Shown: positions 32,343 through 43,846 of the stretch, piece by piece
How positions within the stretch are numbered: position 1 is the first letter of the stretch
Layout of the letters: every line of letters begins with the position of its first letter
Source of the DNA: Corallochytrium limacisporum Hawaii
Taxonomy: Eukaryota > Protista > Pluriformea
NCBI GenBank assembly: GCA_002811645.1
Contig: PDIP01000007.1
Coordinates: 62,001-126,000, forward strand
Length of the DNA: 64,000 nt
Reading direction: 5' to 3'
Position numbers and translations under genes: made by a program
Notes under the pieces: generated by a model
Seen by the model: the letters and a program-made list of their open reading frames with translations, nothing else
Told to the model about the DNA's origin: nothing
Database searches by the model: none

Positions 32343-34373
32343 ATGAACAAAGACCTTCAAAAGAAGCTCATGCACCTCAAGGTGCAACAAAGTGACGGAG
32401 AAGGAGAACTGTCTGCAGACGGTGCGTCCGGCGAGCGGCTCTCAATTCCGTCATACCTTCAGAAGTTCGAGAACTCACAGGGGCATGGTGTGTGGACCTC
32501 ACAAGGAGCAACGGACGCATCGGAGAATGACGTGGCAACAGATCCTGACCTTACCCCGGCCCCTACTCCACGTCTGAAGTCGACTGCACGGAATCGGGCG
32601 ATCAAGTGGCTCCAGGGACTGGCTGTCGTTGACTTTGACAAAGACTTTGGGCAGAAAGTTGAGTACATATTTCCAGACGACTGTCTCACAATAGTTCAGA
32701 AACAACGGATAGCGTTTTTGTCGTTCCCGGAGTCGAATACCAGTTTAATGGGAGACACAACATATTTCTTCAGGTTGTCAATGGACGGAGCAATTGCCGA
32801 TATTAGTGACCGGTCGACATCCCTGCGGCAATCCGCCACCGAAACAGGAAGCGCGCCGGAGCTAAACCCCGTTCTCGATGGCGAGTCACCAAAGCCAAGG
32901 ACGTCCAGAAGAGAATTTATTCACGGGTGTTGTTTGTTTCGACAAGAAAAGGACGACAATACGGTTCGGGGCTATATGCAGAAATCGGTGGTGGCTTTGT
33001 CCATGAAACCTATATACGGTCTGCTGCGGAAAGCAGTCGAGATTTTGGCACCTGCATACTTTGTGACCGGTGAGACCGCACTTGAAACGGCCTACCATGA
33101 GATTTCCAGTTGGCCAACGCCCGTAGATGATTCTTACTTGACATTGCATCTTTTAGGAGAGGTTATGGAAGTGCATATGCCGGACTCATTGGAGCTACCA
33201 CACTGCCCTGAAACTGCACGGATAGATCGGCACACGAACGCGACCCGGCGCGCTGATTTAATTGACATTGGGGAGGACGACATCAACATATTTACTGCTC
33301 TGAAACCCGTTTTGCCGCACCTATGGCAACTGTTCGAGCTCATGATGCTCGGTGAACCGATATTGGTCTTCGCACGGAGCCCTGCTACATGCAGTCGGGC
33401 AGTCATTGCATTGACGGAAATCATTCGGCCCATGAGATTTCGCGGAGATTATCGACCGTACTTTACTGTGCATGATCCGGACTTTCATGCGTTTGCTAAT
33501 GCAAAAATGACTGTGCCAAAGGAGACTGTACTTGGTGTGAACAATCCCGGCTTTGTACAGTCATTCGCCCACTGGCCACATATTGTCTTCTTGGATGACA
33601 TGACCCACAAGTCGAAAGCACAGTCCCCAGGCCGAATCCAAATGCCAGGTTTCCTTGGACAGCAGAACAGGAAGGTATTTTTGTCCGATCACAAGAGCTA
33701 CCTTACCCCAGACAAGCAGCTGCTTGCCAAGCTGTCGGGAGCACCTGAAGGTCTGCAAGGGCAGATTGCCAATGACAACATTATTCGAAACCACTTCATC
33801 AATTTGACCTCTAAGTTTCTTATTCCGGTGGAAAGTCATTTAGTCGGCTTGATGCCCCTTAAGAAGCACATTGTCCCTTGGAAGTCATGCCCAGAATTGA
33901 AGAAACTAGACCGATCCGCAATGCTGCGCAACATGGATGGAACCACCATCGATATCAAGGGAGATTGGAAAACATTCTATGCGAGATTTCTGGCAGGACA
34001 GCCTTTCGTGCGCTGGTACAAGAGACGCCGCAGGCAGTACAAGGAATTTCTCCGTGAGGCACACCAGCGCAGTATCTTGGAACCGGAAATCATTGAGTGG
34101 GCCAAGGAGAAACACGAGCTGGAGATTGTGGACCTGTTACTGAAGGTGCGGCAGATGCGTCCCTATTTCTATGAGGTGGAAGACCGGGAAAAACTTGAGG
34201 AACAAAGCAATGCACTCATTGCTATGCTACCTGAAGATTTAAAGGCCAGCCTTGACGAACACGTTGAGGATGCTGCAAACAATTTCCCACCATACATAAG
34301 AAGGAAGATCTCTGATCTGCAGAGCGCTAGCGGATCAGCGGAAAACGTGAACAGTACTGAAGGTGTACAATAG
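32343..34373 (+). CDS. DENND6: DENND6/FAM116 Rab GEF
   Basis: VVDFDKDFGQ, FLSFPESN, FRQEKD...RGYMQKSVV, LWQLFELMMLGEP, DYRPYFTVHD, ELEIVDL. Start moved to the first ATG. Confidence 0.9.
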   Translation: MNKDLQKKLMHLKVQQSDGEGELSADGASGERLSIPSYLQKFENSQGHGVWTSQGATDASENDVATDPDLTPAPTPRLKSTARNRAIKWLQGLAVVDFDKDFGQKVEYIFPDDCLTIVQKQRIAFLSFPESNTSLMGDTTYFFRLSMDGAIADISDRSTSLRQSATETGSAPELNPVLDGESPKPRTSRREFIHGCCLFRQEKDDNTVRGYMQKSVVALSMKPIYGLLRKAVEILAPAYFVTGETALETAYHEISSWPTPVDDSYLTLHLLGEVMEVHMPDSLELPHCPETARIDRHTNATRRADLIDIGEDDINIFTALKPVLPHLWQLFELMMLGEPILVFARSPATCSRAVIALTEIIRPMRFRGDYRPYFTVHDPDFHAFANAKMTVPKETVLGVNNPGFVQSFAHWPHIVFLDDMTHKSKAQSPGRIQMPGFLGQQNRKVFLSDHKSYLTPDKQLLAKLSGAPEGLQGQIANDNIIRNHFINLTSKFLIPVESHLVGLMPLKKHIVPWKSCPELKKLDRSAMLRNMDGTTIDIKGDWKTFYARFLAGQPFVRWYKRRRRQYKEFLREAHQRSILEPEIIEWAKEKHELEIVDLLLKVRQMRPYFYEVEDREKLEEQSNALIAMLPEDLKASLDEHVEDAANNFPPYIRRKISDLQSASGSAENVNSTEGVQ

Positions 34374-34425
34374 ATTACAATTGGTAGATGTTTTTAATTG
34401 AACTAGTGACCGTACTGCTGTACCC

Positions 34426-35049
34426 TTAGAGAACACCAGCCAGTTGCAAGTATCCAGACAGGGGGAGCAGGTCCTTTTCATCCAAGAGATTGAACTCCTT
34501 ACATAGCACGACGGTGTGCAGCAGCACTGTGTTTGCGTGGGGTTGAATCCGAAGTTCAACCAAGTCCTCAAGATGGTGACAGAAAATGTGGCTAAGTATT
34601 TGGAACAACAGACGAAACACCCTGCGCACAATCTGTTGGTAATTTGATGGGAAATCAATCCCCAGTCTTGAGGGAAATGCGTTCTCGTTCGTAACAATTG
34701 AATTGATCCACGTCAAAGCAAAATCCGAATACTCCGGTGCACTCAAACCCTTTACCTTCTTTCCTTTCTCATCAGTCCATATGTACTCTGTTTTTGGTCC
34801 CGCACACATAATGGGGCATGAGTCTTTAGTGCAAGCCTCTTCAATTGTGGAATAAATGAGGCTCACATTGTTGAAGAACATCAAAGTGTACGTGGCCAGC
34901 CACTCCTCTTCAGACTCACCCGGAGGCAAAGAGCTCAAAGGTCTTAGATCACCCGAGACAATCAACGCCCTTGCATGGCTTTCTGATCCTAAGAGCTTGC
35001 TCACGCTTTCACCACCTTTTCCTTTCTTCTTTCCGGTCAGCCAATCCAT
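34426..35049 (-). CDS. MOB2: MOB kinase activator, MOB2 type
   Basis: MDWLTGK N-terminus; LPPGESEEEWLA; CTKDSCPIMCAG; SAPEY; LSHIFCHH zinc site. Confidence 0.88.
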   Translation of the reverse strand: MDWLTGKKKGKGGESVSKLLGSESHARALIVSGDLRPLSSLPPGESEEEWLATYTLMFFNNVSLIYSTIEEACTKDSCPIMCAGPKTEYIWTDEKGKKVKGLSAPEYSDFALTWINSIVTNENAFPSRLGIDFPSNYQQIVRRVFRLLFQILSHIFCHHLEDLVELRIQPHANTVLLHTVVLCKEFNLLDEKDLLPLSGYLQLAGVL

Positions 35050-38000
35050 GGTGTGTTTCAGTCGCTTCTATTTGTTCCTATCAGCAACAAGTCCTATACC
35101 ATACCGCTTCATGCGACTCGCACCATTCACTTCACTGGAAATACGATTTAGAATGTGTTCTGAAAATTACCTGTTTGTAAGGTTTGTACCCCTCAGCACC
35201 TAACTATTGTTTCCCAAATAACTGGACCAATAAGCACCGTTGCCTTCAAAAAGCCAAGCCCCAACACAGAGGGCCCCCCTCTCGGGGGAACCCACGTCTT
35301 CCCGTTAGCCCCTCTTTGCTCCGGTTATAAGTGGAAACCCAACCAACCAGGTTTGTGTGCACCAAATGGTTTGAGAACCCTTGGTGTTTCCGTCGCCCAG
35401 AGGCAACCACAGGTCCCCCCCCCCCCCCGGGGGGAAGGGCGCCGACTTCGCTCCAGCCGGGCCTTCCCAACCAAAACAAAGCGAGGAGAACAGCAGCGAG
35501 CTTCTCCTCTCCCGTCCCAACTGCCGTCGTATCCATAGTAAATGTACGGAACTGTACAGAGGTCAGTATTAGTACATTAGTTTGTATTGTCCGCGGTTTG
35601 GGTCTATATAAATATACGGATGCCGATAAAACAAACTCTTGTGATCTGCCCAAGGTCATTGACAACAGAAAAATGAACCCACAATTGCGGCCAGCTGGGA
35701 TTGCAGCGAGACTCTCTAGTTTCCTCGGGGGAGCATCCAGCGAGATACTTCGACGATCCCAATGGATTCCAGATCAGCAGGATTTCCGTAACGACTTACC
35801 ATGCTTCATCCAGTCTATCAGTTGCTTTGGCTAGCTCTCTGGGGACCTAAAAATCCTGTCCGCAGAGTGGTGCCACATGAGCATTTCTGTGAGCTGTAGT
35901 GTCCAGACACGCCCCCAACCCAGAAACAATGGCGGGGCCTATTCTACATGCACCCGAAGCGACCGTCCTCCCTCTTGCCTATCGTCGAGAACATCTAGCA
36001 TAACAACAATATGGTTGTATACGCTTAAGCGTCTGGAAATGACATTAGTATGACACGGAGTGTTGTGTAAAGACATTCAGTGAATCACTACATTGGCTAG
36101 ACGTTGGGGTAGCATATGTATGTCCAGCAGTATGGGACCGCGATGATGCAAAGATACGGCATCAGTAGCACCAGCACAACCTTACAATATCTCTACAGCC
36201 CACCAGAGAGGTGCCGCCAGGAACAAGCAGACACACCAAGGAAACAATACGATTACCGCTGAAATCGATAGATTGCATCGACGTGGCCTGAGTGGGGACG
36301 GACGGCTGTGTCTGCACGGGACAAGGCGGACCCACCGACCACTTTGATTGATCCCCCGTCCGCGCTCTCTGGGCCTCGGACGAACTGTCTTAGTCTCCCG
36401 CGGTGTCTTGGACTTAAGGCCGTGTTTCTTTTCGCCATTCCACGGGTCCCATCCCCGTTCTTCCACCATCCAACTAAACTCTCTCTCGTTCTGCACACGG
36501 AACCACAATCTCCCGCACGGTAAAGCCATGGCCAATGGCAGGACAAGATCCAAACCTTCACTACCCCAGGTCAAAAACTATTACCCTTAACGCACAGGGC
36601 ATTATCTCTCTTTAGAATGTCCCTTGGGACACCTTGGACAGAAAGGAGAATCAAAAGCAACCCACAAAAAAAACAGAAAACAAATTCTCTTGGCAGTGGG
36701 ACCTCCCGGGTGCCCGTCCGCTCACCGAGGGCCGGACAAGAGCGTCACGCGCTGTTGGATTCTCTCTTGGGTTCTGCCGCTCCGGTTTTCCGTTCTTCCG
36801 TGCCTCACGTCGTGTTCCCTCAATCGATGCGGACGGTCCACGAGTCTATAATAAATGGACCGACAATATATCCCCAGAAATCCCCAACATTCCGCAGGGA
36901 TCCAAAGGGCCGTCTGACGATTCGCCCCTGTCAATCTTCGTACTCCCCGGCCTCGGATCTCAGTCTGAGAACTAAGTCATATTACATGTATAGGAACAAT
37001 TGCGACAATTTCATAGCTGTGTCCCTTTTTGGGCACCAGTACACGACGCCAGCAAGGGAATAAAATAGTCGTGCTTTGAGTGCTTTGTGTGTGTGCGTGC
37101 GTGGAGAAGAGAGAGACAGAGTGAAGGGAGGTGTGTGGTTGGTTAGTTGGTGGGGAGGGAGGGGGGTTCCATCTTGTCAGCAGGAGCTACCGTGGTTGAG
37201 AGAGTTCAGAACAGCCCCTCCCTCCCCTCTGACGGATTCTTTTTTATTGTCGTCGTCAGAGCGGGCCAATTGGTACTCGGCTTGTGGATCAATTTCCCAT
37301 TTCCACAGGTAAACGCGGCGATCTTGCGTTCTTTAGGTTCGCGGGTTGGTAGCTTGCGGGTCCTTGGGGCATCTACAACCCCATGTCTCCTCTCAAAGGT
37401 TGTGCTACGGACTCTGCCCACGCAAGGGGGAAACAGGGTACACCAGGGCCGGCAAATATTAAGTGGCCATACAGACGGCGCGGAAGGCCAAAAATATTAA
37501 GGATGAACATCAGAAAACTAGGAAAAGAGACTGGCCAACATGATATTTAGGCGGGCTGTCTGTCTCTCAGTATGCAACGGTTCACACACACCCTTTCCTC
37601 GTCCCCTCCCGTCTCTTTCTCCCTCTCCTTCTCCGTACCTGTCCCCTGCCCTGTCCCCAAATTTTCCTTTGGGCTACTGTTCCCGCGTTGGTACTGGATG
37701 GCACCGAGGGACGGAGGTGTAAGGCAAGCTTGGTGCCTTTGATTGGTGGAACGACATGGGTGCGGTCGGGCTCAATTTTTTTTTGCCTGCTTTGCGGCGA
37801 TGACGAGGCCAATATTCTCCCCTCTCCCCCCCCCCCTCTCACAGCGGGGTGGGTGGTTCCTTTCTCTCTTGCTCTCTCACTGTGTCTCTCCGTCTCCTGT
37901 GTCTGTGGTACACTTTTAAAACACCGCTCCCTGCTCCGTGTGTGCGTGTGCATATGCGCGAGGCTGTTCAGTGCGTCGTTCGCAGATGCCCACCACCCGT

Positions 38001-39200
38001 CCGATAAACACACACACCCCCCTCGTCCTCGTCTCCCCTTGCGTACGGCCCGATCATCTTCGATAACGAACAGAAGCGAATTAGTCGACAGCACAAAACC
38101 CATGACCGAGAGTTGGCGTTGCTTGATCGACCAGCTCGGTCCGAAACTTCTTTTTGGTTGTTGGGAAGGGAGGTCGTAGGAGAAGGCAGACGGCACGGGG
38201 GAACTGTGTGTTGCGGGCGTCTTTTCGGCTTTGGTGGCTGCCTCCCCCCCCCTCTCCAGTCTTCTCCCCACAAGGTTTGCAGGGCAGTTGTTGTTGACTT
38301 GCGTGGGTTGGCTGGCCTCTGGTGTGGGTGGTGGGTTCATCTTCCGTGATTCGGACTATTACGGCATCAGGGTAAGGGAAGGAAGCAGGGGTTCTACCTC
38401 TCCCTTTCTTTTGTATTTTCCCGCCGGCGGAGAAGGGCACGGCGCATCCAAGCCTTCTCTTGGCTCGCTGTCTCTGCTCTCTCCTTGTTCTCCCATTTTT
38501 TTTCGTAATTTTATTTTCGCCGTGTTTGCAGGTTTTGTCTCTGGGCAGTCCAGAATTCTTTGCGCAGTCTCACCGGAAGGTCCAATTTTCGAAGGAATGG
38601 GGGTTTAATTGGCGGGACGAAGGAGCGGGGAGGAGAAGGGGGTGGGTTGGTTTCGTCGCGCAAAAAAGACAATGGCGAAAAAACAAATGAACGAAGAGAT
38701 GAGAGAATGCGAAACAAAGAAACGGAAGAAAAGATAAGGAGAAAAGACAAGGAACGGGGACACCGCCGCCGTCCGCCAAAGGGCGGGGACTTCGTACAAC
38801 TCCCTTACAGCCACTTCTTTTAGAGAAAGCGACGCGTATTGCAATGCACAGAGATCAGGGATCTGTCTGTTCGGACCGTTCTGTTTCAGGTGTCGCAAGT
38901 TTGGGAATGTAGTCAGAATGGTTTCATTCGTCGGTAGCAGTTTTGCACCATCCACTGACGAGTAGCGTTCGGTGTAGCCAGTAGGGACTTCTGACAACAG
39001 CCCGTGCACATTCATCGTCTGCTTTCCGAGCGGTGGCATACGAAAAGGTACTCGGACGTGGACTAGAGGCACTCCAATAACCCATTGAACAATCGACTAC
39101 TAGAGAAAACAAACACACCAACTGCACACCGCGAAGTGTATCAGATAAGGCATTAGTTCGTAAGTGCAAGCGTCTGGATAGGGAAACAACAGAAACCACC

Positions 39201-41525
39201 ATGTCCTCCAACGGACCAGCTGTGGTAACCACCTCCTCCAATGGATCCGTGACTGCACGGTCCACAGGATCAGGCGAATTACGAGGCAGTGCAGAACGGC
39301 TGGAGAAAAAGAGTGTCAGTGCGATAAATTTGGCATCAGAAGCCGAAAAGGCGCGCAAGCAAATGAATAAACAGCTTCAACGGGGTCAGAGTGCAGTAGC
39401 ATTGACTGCTGGAGAGGAAATGCGCGCAGCAGCGGCCGCGGATCCTGATTACTCTCCGCGCCCGACGTATAACTACACAAAGGACAGCGCCGGTGTTCAC
39501 GTAAGCGATATAGAGAAGGCCAAGAGAAAGTACAAAGAAGAGAAGGAAGCTAGAGAACGGCGAACAAAATTGAACTTGTCGACGTCTCTCATGTCCGGAC
39601 GGCTCAAAATGCGTAGGAGCATGATCAAGGTCTGGGAAGTCTTCCACTTCGAATTAAAGCCGGGTATTTTGTATTGGAAGACAGATGCAAACGCTCAAGA
39701 CTACAAAGGCTCGGTGCTGCTGGCAGGCACTGTGACTGTGGAACGGCCGTCGAAGAAAGGGGGGTTCTGCTTCAAGATATACCATCCACTGAAGCATGGT
39801 ATTTACGGACCCGAGGCTTTCTTCCAGACGGACAACTGTATTCTACGCGCCGCCGACAAGGAAACCGGTATTAGATGGATGGCAAACCTGGTCAAGTGTG
39901 CTCGTATGCCAATCGAACCCACTCAAGGTCTTCCAACATCATGGTCTTTGAATGAGGAAGACAGTACACAGTATATGGACACTGAGATTGCGGATGATGC
40001 CGAGTCATGGGACGATGATTCAACATCTCCCGGTAAGATGTCCAAGTACGTCGAAAATCGGGCGGACCTGGTTGACGTAGTGCAGGCGCAGGAGGAGGAA
40101 TTACAGGAGGAATCAAAGAGCCTCATTTGGATCTTGGCGAAGCAGGTACGCATTGGCCAGGATCTATCGAAGGTAGTGCTGCCCACGTTCATCTTGGAGC
40201 CCCGGTCTTTCTTGGAAAAGGTGAGTGACTTTTTCACGCACTGCGACTTCCTCAGCCGTGCGGCTGCGTCCAAAGGCGAAGATCGTCTGCTGAATGTAGT
40301 CCGCTGGTTCCTCTCTGGATTCTATCTAAAACCGAGGGGTGTAAAGAAGCCGTATAACCCGATTTTGGGTGAGACATTTCGCTGCTGCTGGGACGACCCT
40401 GTCTCAAATGCAAAGACCTTCTACGTCTCGGAGCAAGTTAGTCACCATCCTCCGGTTTCCGCCTTCTACGTCCAGAATAGGCGCGCTGGCTTTGTCATTT
40501 CTGGGTCGGTGAACCCGCGGTCCAAGTTCTATGGCAACTCTGCCGCCTCTATTCTGGATGGTACAGGCTATATTCAGTTCCTGGACAATGGCGAGGTTTA
40601 CGAATTTACGTTCCCTAATGGCAATGTCAAGGGCGTCTTGGTTGGTACCCTGAGCTATGAATATGGTGGCGAAGTATCCATCGTGTGTCAGCAGAGCGAT
40701 CTTCGCGCTGAAATCAAATTTGAAATGAAACCAATGTTTGGTGGCAAACTTAACGTTATTTCTGGAAAGGTCAAGGAGGGTAAGGACACCTTGTACACAC
40801 TCAAGGGATTCTGGGACAATGCGATTGAGCTTATTCCCGAGTCGGGATCGAAGCCTAAGGAGACGTTGTGGAACCCGGCCGCCAAGGATCGCCCGCCTCG
40901 TTGCACGCGCTATGTCGTCGACCCAGAGTATTGCTGGGAGACTGACTCTCAGGTCCTGTGGGACAAGGTGACGAAAGCAATCAAGGCAGATGACCAACAA
41001 CTTGCGACACAGGAGAAGAACGTCCTTGAACAGGAGCAACGCGATGCCGCAAAGAGGCGCAAGGAACTCAAGGAAGAATATGTTCCAAACTTCTTTGTCC
41101 GGGACATGAATACCGCAACATCACATAGTTATCGGTTCGTGCATGCTGAGAGCTGGAAAGACTCTGAAGAGTACGAATACGAATGGCAGGGTCTGCTCTA
41201 CTCGAAACGTAAGGGTGAGCAAGAACCGGAGCCATCGAAACCCGAGCACTCCCGACCGCCTGCAGTTCATGTTCGGAAGAAGAAGAACTCGAAGGTGAGA
41301 CGTAGCGGAGTGGAAGGACTCGGTGATGATGACGATGAGATGGCTAATGGAGGCCAAATGGTTGGCATCGGAAACCAGGGCAACCTGGCTGATCGTCGTC
41401 ATCGCCAAGTGGTTCAAGAACTACAAAGCGTGCGCAAGGATATCAAGGCCCTTGTCCGCATTGTCATTGTACTGGCAGCGCTTCAAACCATTATTATTGC
41501 TGGCATGGCCATGGGATACCTGTAA
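39201..41525 (+). CDS. OSBPL8: Oxysterol-binding protein-related protein, ORP5/ORP8 type (PH + ORD + C-terminal TM)
   Basis: PH domain (ERPSKKGGFCFKIYHP), DLSKVVLPTFILEPRSFL, KKPYNPILGETF, EQVSHHPP, C-terminal TM anchor. Confidence 0.9.
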   Translation: MSSNGPAVVTTSSNGSVTARSTGSGELRGSAERLEKKSVSAINLASEAEKARKQMNKQLQRGQSAVALTAGEEMRAAAAADPDYSPRPTYNYTKDSAGVHVSDIEKAKRKYKEEKEARERRTKLNLSTSLMSGRLKMRRSMIKVWEVFHFELKPGILYWKTDANAQDYKGSVLLAGTVTVERPSKKGGFCFKIYHPLKHGIYGPEAFFQTDNCILRAADKETGIRWMANLVKCARMPIEPTQGLPTSWSLNEEDSTQYMDTEIADDAESWDDDSTSPGKMSKYVENRADLVDVVQAQEEELQEESKSLIWILAKQVRIGQDLSKVVLPTFILEPRSFLEKVSDFFTHCDFLSRAAASKGEDRLLNVVRWFLSGFYLKPRGVKKPYNPILGETFRCCWDDPVSNAKTFYVSEQVSHHPPVSAFYVQNRRAGFVISGSVNPRSKFYGNSAASILDGTGYIQFLDNGEVYEFTFPNGNVKGVLVGTLSYEYGGEVSIVCQQSDLRAEIKFEMKPMFGGKLNVISGKVKEGKDTLYTLKGFWDNAIELIPESGSKPKETLWNPAAKDRPPRCTRYVVDPEYCWETDSQVLWDKVTKAIKADDQQLATQEKNVLEQEQRDAAKRRKELKEEYVPNFFVRDMNTATSHSYRFVHAESWKDSEEYEYEWQGLLYSKRKGEQEPEPSKPEHSRPPAVHVRKKKNSKVRRSGVEGLGDDDDEMANGGQMVGIGNQGNLADRRHRQVVQELQSVRKDIKALVRIVIVLAALQTIIIAGMAMGYL

Positions 41526-41988
41526 GTGAGGAGCTGCTTCCCAACTACACCATATGTCGCTTGTCATGGGCATCACTCAGATATTTGACTGACAATAGAA
41601 ACTTTCAACTATCCTACATATCCCTGCCGGAGAACCTGTCCTGTAATTGATCAATATTTTTCCACCGACTCCAAGTTCTTACCCACTCGATGAGGACCAA
41701 AAAACAGCCCGGTCCTCGCTACTCCGGGCAATTCACTTCCCGCCCCTTAGAAAACATAAGGTAGGGTACTGTGGCCTCCCGTGGTTCTGGCTTTTGAGAA
41801 CCCATGTGGGCCGGGGAGGGCTGGGGTTTTGGTTGTAAGCAGGAAAACGATTGGGTGCGCCCCACACACAAGAACAATAGATACACCCGCCAAGCAGGCC
41901 AGTTTCTAGTAGAGTTTTTCATCGCAAAAGTTAGGTTCAACTGATTTGTTTTCTTCCCACAGCGAGAGAATAACTTGAAATACCATTG

Positions 41989-42252
41989 GAACGCGTGTTC
42001 GTGGAGAACCGGACCTTGTCAGTTGTAGTACTGTGGTCACTACACCTTGAGGCTAAGCGGAACGGCTGCCAGCTAATGGGGACTGACGAAAACAGAAGCA
42101 CACATTCCCGACTAATATCGAAACCGCCCCCCGTGGCATGGCGTGGCTAGTGTTGGGGTTCCGGTTTGCACATCGCGTTTAACGCCATGAGTGCGGTTAC
42201 ACTTCCTCGACTCCACACAAGAGTAACCGACAGTCCGGAAGCGTTGTTTTTT
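41989..42252 (+). ncRNA. Candidate structured RNA element (unidentified)
   Basis: Several nested complementary segments found by eye, G-U pairs favouring the + strand, terminal T6 run; no known family motif recognised. Confidence 0.25.
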
Positions 42253-42422
42253 CTGTGACATTATGTCCATCTTGATAAATCGCTACTATCGAGTAAAGTT
42301 CTCTGTAGTGATAAAGCAGCTACAAAGGAATCTGCGAAAGTACTACAAGGGCAACTCATGTGCGAAATTGCATTGTTCGCTCTCAATAGGGAACAAGGCA
42401 AAGTCTAAATATATCTTCAAAC

Positions 42423-43376
42423 ATGTCTACCGCTGGACAAACGGCAGGTAGCCTGTCTAAGTACATCATTCCGGCTGTTGCCGTTGGTGTTGCTGCTTTC
42501 GTCGGCTATGCCATCTACTTTGACAGCAAGCGTCGGTCCGATCCAGAGTACAAGCAGAAGGTCGCTGAGAAGCGCCGTCAGCGCAAGCTCGCCGATGAGG
42601 CCCGGGCTAAGCGGGAAGCCGAGGAAGCCGAGGCGCAGAAGGCTGCCCAGGCTGCTCAGGGAGGTCCTGGTGGCATGCAACCCCCGAGCAACGAGGAGGC
42701 TGAGCGCATCCAACAGTTCCTGATGGAGGGTTTCAAGAAGGGTGATGAGCTCCTCGCGGCCAACAAGGTCGAGGACGCTGTCACTCACTACATCGATTTT
42801 ATCGTAGAGGCCGACGAGAAGGCACTAACCAGCTCTACCTATCTGCTCCTGATGCTGGAGACCCGTCTGATTCAAAACGAGATGAGCAGCACCTTCATGC
42901 TTTTGATGACGAAGTTCGAGGACCACATGCAGAAGCTGAGCAAGGAACAGCGGGAGGTTATCGAGCTCAAGCAGGCTGGTGACAAGGCTGTCGCAGCTAA
43001 GGACGACGACTTGGCTGTCAAGAAGTACGTGGACGCGGTTGCCAAGGCAGACACCATTGCCCGCCTCACCATGATTGAGATGATCCAGCAGAAGGTTAGC
43101 CCCGAGACAATGGATACTTTCGTCAGCAAGCTGCCGAAAGAGCTGAGTGAATTTGTGAACGAGAAGATGAAGGCCGAGAAGATTCTCCTCGAACTGATCT
43201 CTAAGAAGGACCAGACTCCTACGGACCCCAAGGACGTCGAACGTATGATCAAGCACTTTGCCAACGCTATCAGGGTTTCTGACCAGCAGACTCAGATGGT
43301 CATGCTGCAGTCTCTGCAACAGCTTCTGGACCCGTCTCTTCTGCAGTTGCTTGTCCGGGAACTCACAGAGGGTTAA
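42423..43376 (+). CDS. TOM20: Mitochondrial import receptor Tom20, extended (three receptor domains)
   Basis: Signature TM-GYAIYFDSKRRSDPEYK, followed by three Tom20-like helical repeats; 317 aa. Confidence 0.9.
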   Translation: MSTAGQTAGSLSKYIIPAVAVGVAAFVGYAIYFDSKRRSDPEYKQKVAEKRRQRKLADEARAKREAEEAEAQKAAQAAQGGPGGMQPPSNEEAERIQQFLMEGFKKGDELLAANKVEDAVTHYIDFIVEADEKALTSSTYLLLMLETRLIQNEMSSTFMLLMTKFEDHMQKLSKEQREVIELKQAGDKAVAAKDDDLAVKKYVDAVAKADTIARLTMIEMIQQKVSPETMDTFVSKLPKELSEFVNEKMKAEKILLELISKKDQTPTDPKDVERMIKHFANAIRVSDQQTQMVMLQSLQQLLDPSLLQLLVRELTEG

Positions 43377-43710
43377 AGGATTGCAGCATTATCATTCCAT
43401 CATCGGATAAACATTGGGCATTGTTTTCCTACTCGGGCCGCAAGCCGTCTGTGTAACGTTAAATTAAAGCATTTATCAATATAGGGCACTGACTAGCATT
43501 GGATGAGTTCAGAGCGAATGTTTTTGACGAAGTTTTCACTTTATTTCAGACTTGGAGTAGAAAAACTTATGTGACGATGATTCGCCTCTGTAAGAAGTGT
43601 CCGCTTTCAAGGGGAATCCCAAGAGATAGCATGCCATGTGCAGACCCTAAAGTACGACGCAAGGGCCCAGAACGAATACATACCATCAAGATTTCCCGGA
43701 TCACGCTAAA

Positions 43711-43780
43711 TGCATGTCCTTCAACTCTCCGAGAGCGCGTTGGCTTTATTCCCGGGAATGTCATAGTGAAAGAGGTTGCA
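43711..43780 (-). promoter_or_regulatory. SECIS element (eukaryotic, type II-like) of MsrA
   Basis: Minus strand reads AUGA-C-AUUCCCGGGA-AU-AAA-GCCAACGCGC-UCUCGGAGAGU-UGAA, i.e. AUGA-N13-AA-N23-GA; 10-bp helix II with one bulge; UGCA/UGCA outer helix. Confidence 0.85.
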
Positions 43781-43846
43781 AACTCCCGTCGAGTGTATCA
43801 AGTCCTTGCCATGGAGTTCTCAAACATGACAGCAATTGGAGCATAT

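Noticed and set aside
37290-37315. Polypyrimidine-CAG/GTAAAC, resembling a recursive splice site
   Set aside because: A single short motif with no transcript evidence in a window where no coding introns are seen.
35246-39072. Many 60-250 aa ORFs in the MOB2-ORP8 spacer (likewise 5131-7499, 12360-14969, 30842-32198, 56424-59907)
   Set aside because: Overlapping, low-complexity, often non-ATG ORFs arising from G/C-tract DNA, with no recognisable domains.
42072-42125. Hammerhead-like (CTGACGA...GAAA), HDV-like (GCTAATGGGGAC) and U17/snR30-like words
   Set aside because: The required stem II, the HDV L3 loop and a correctly placed ACA box are missing.
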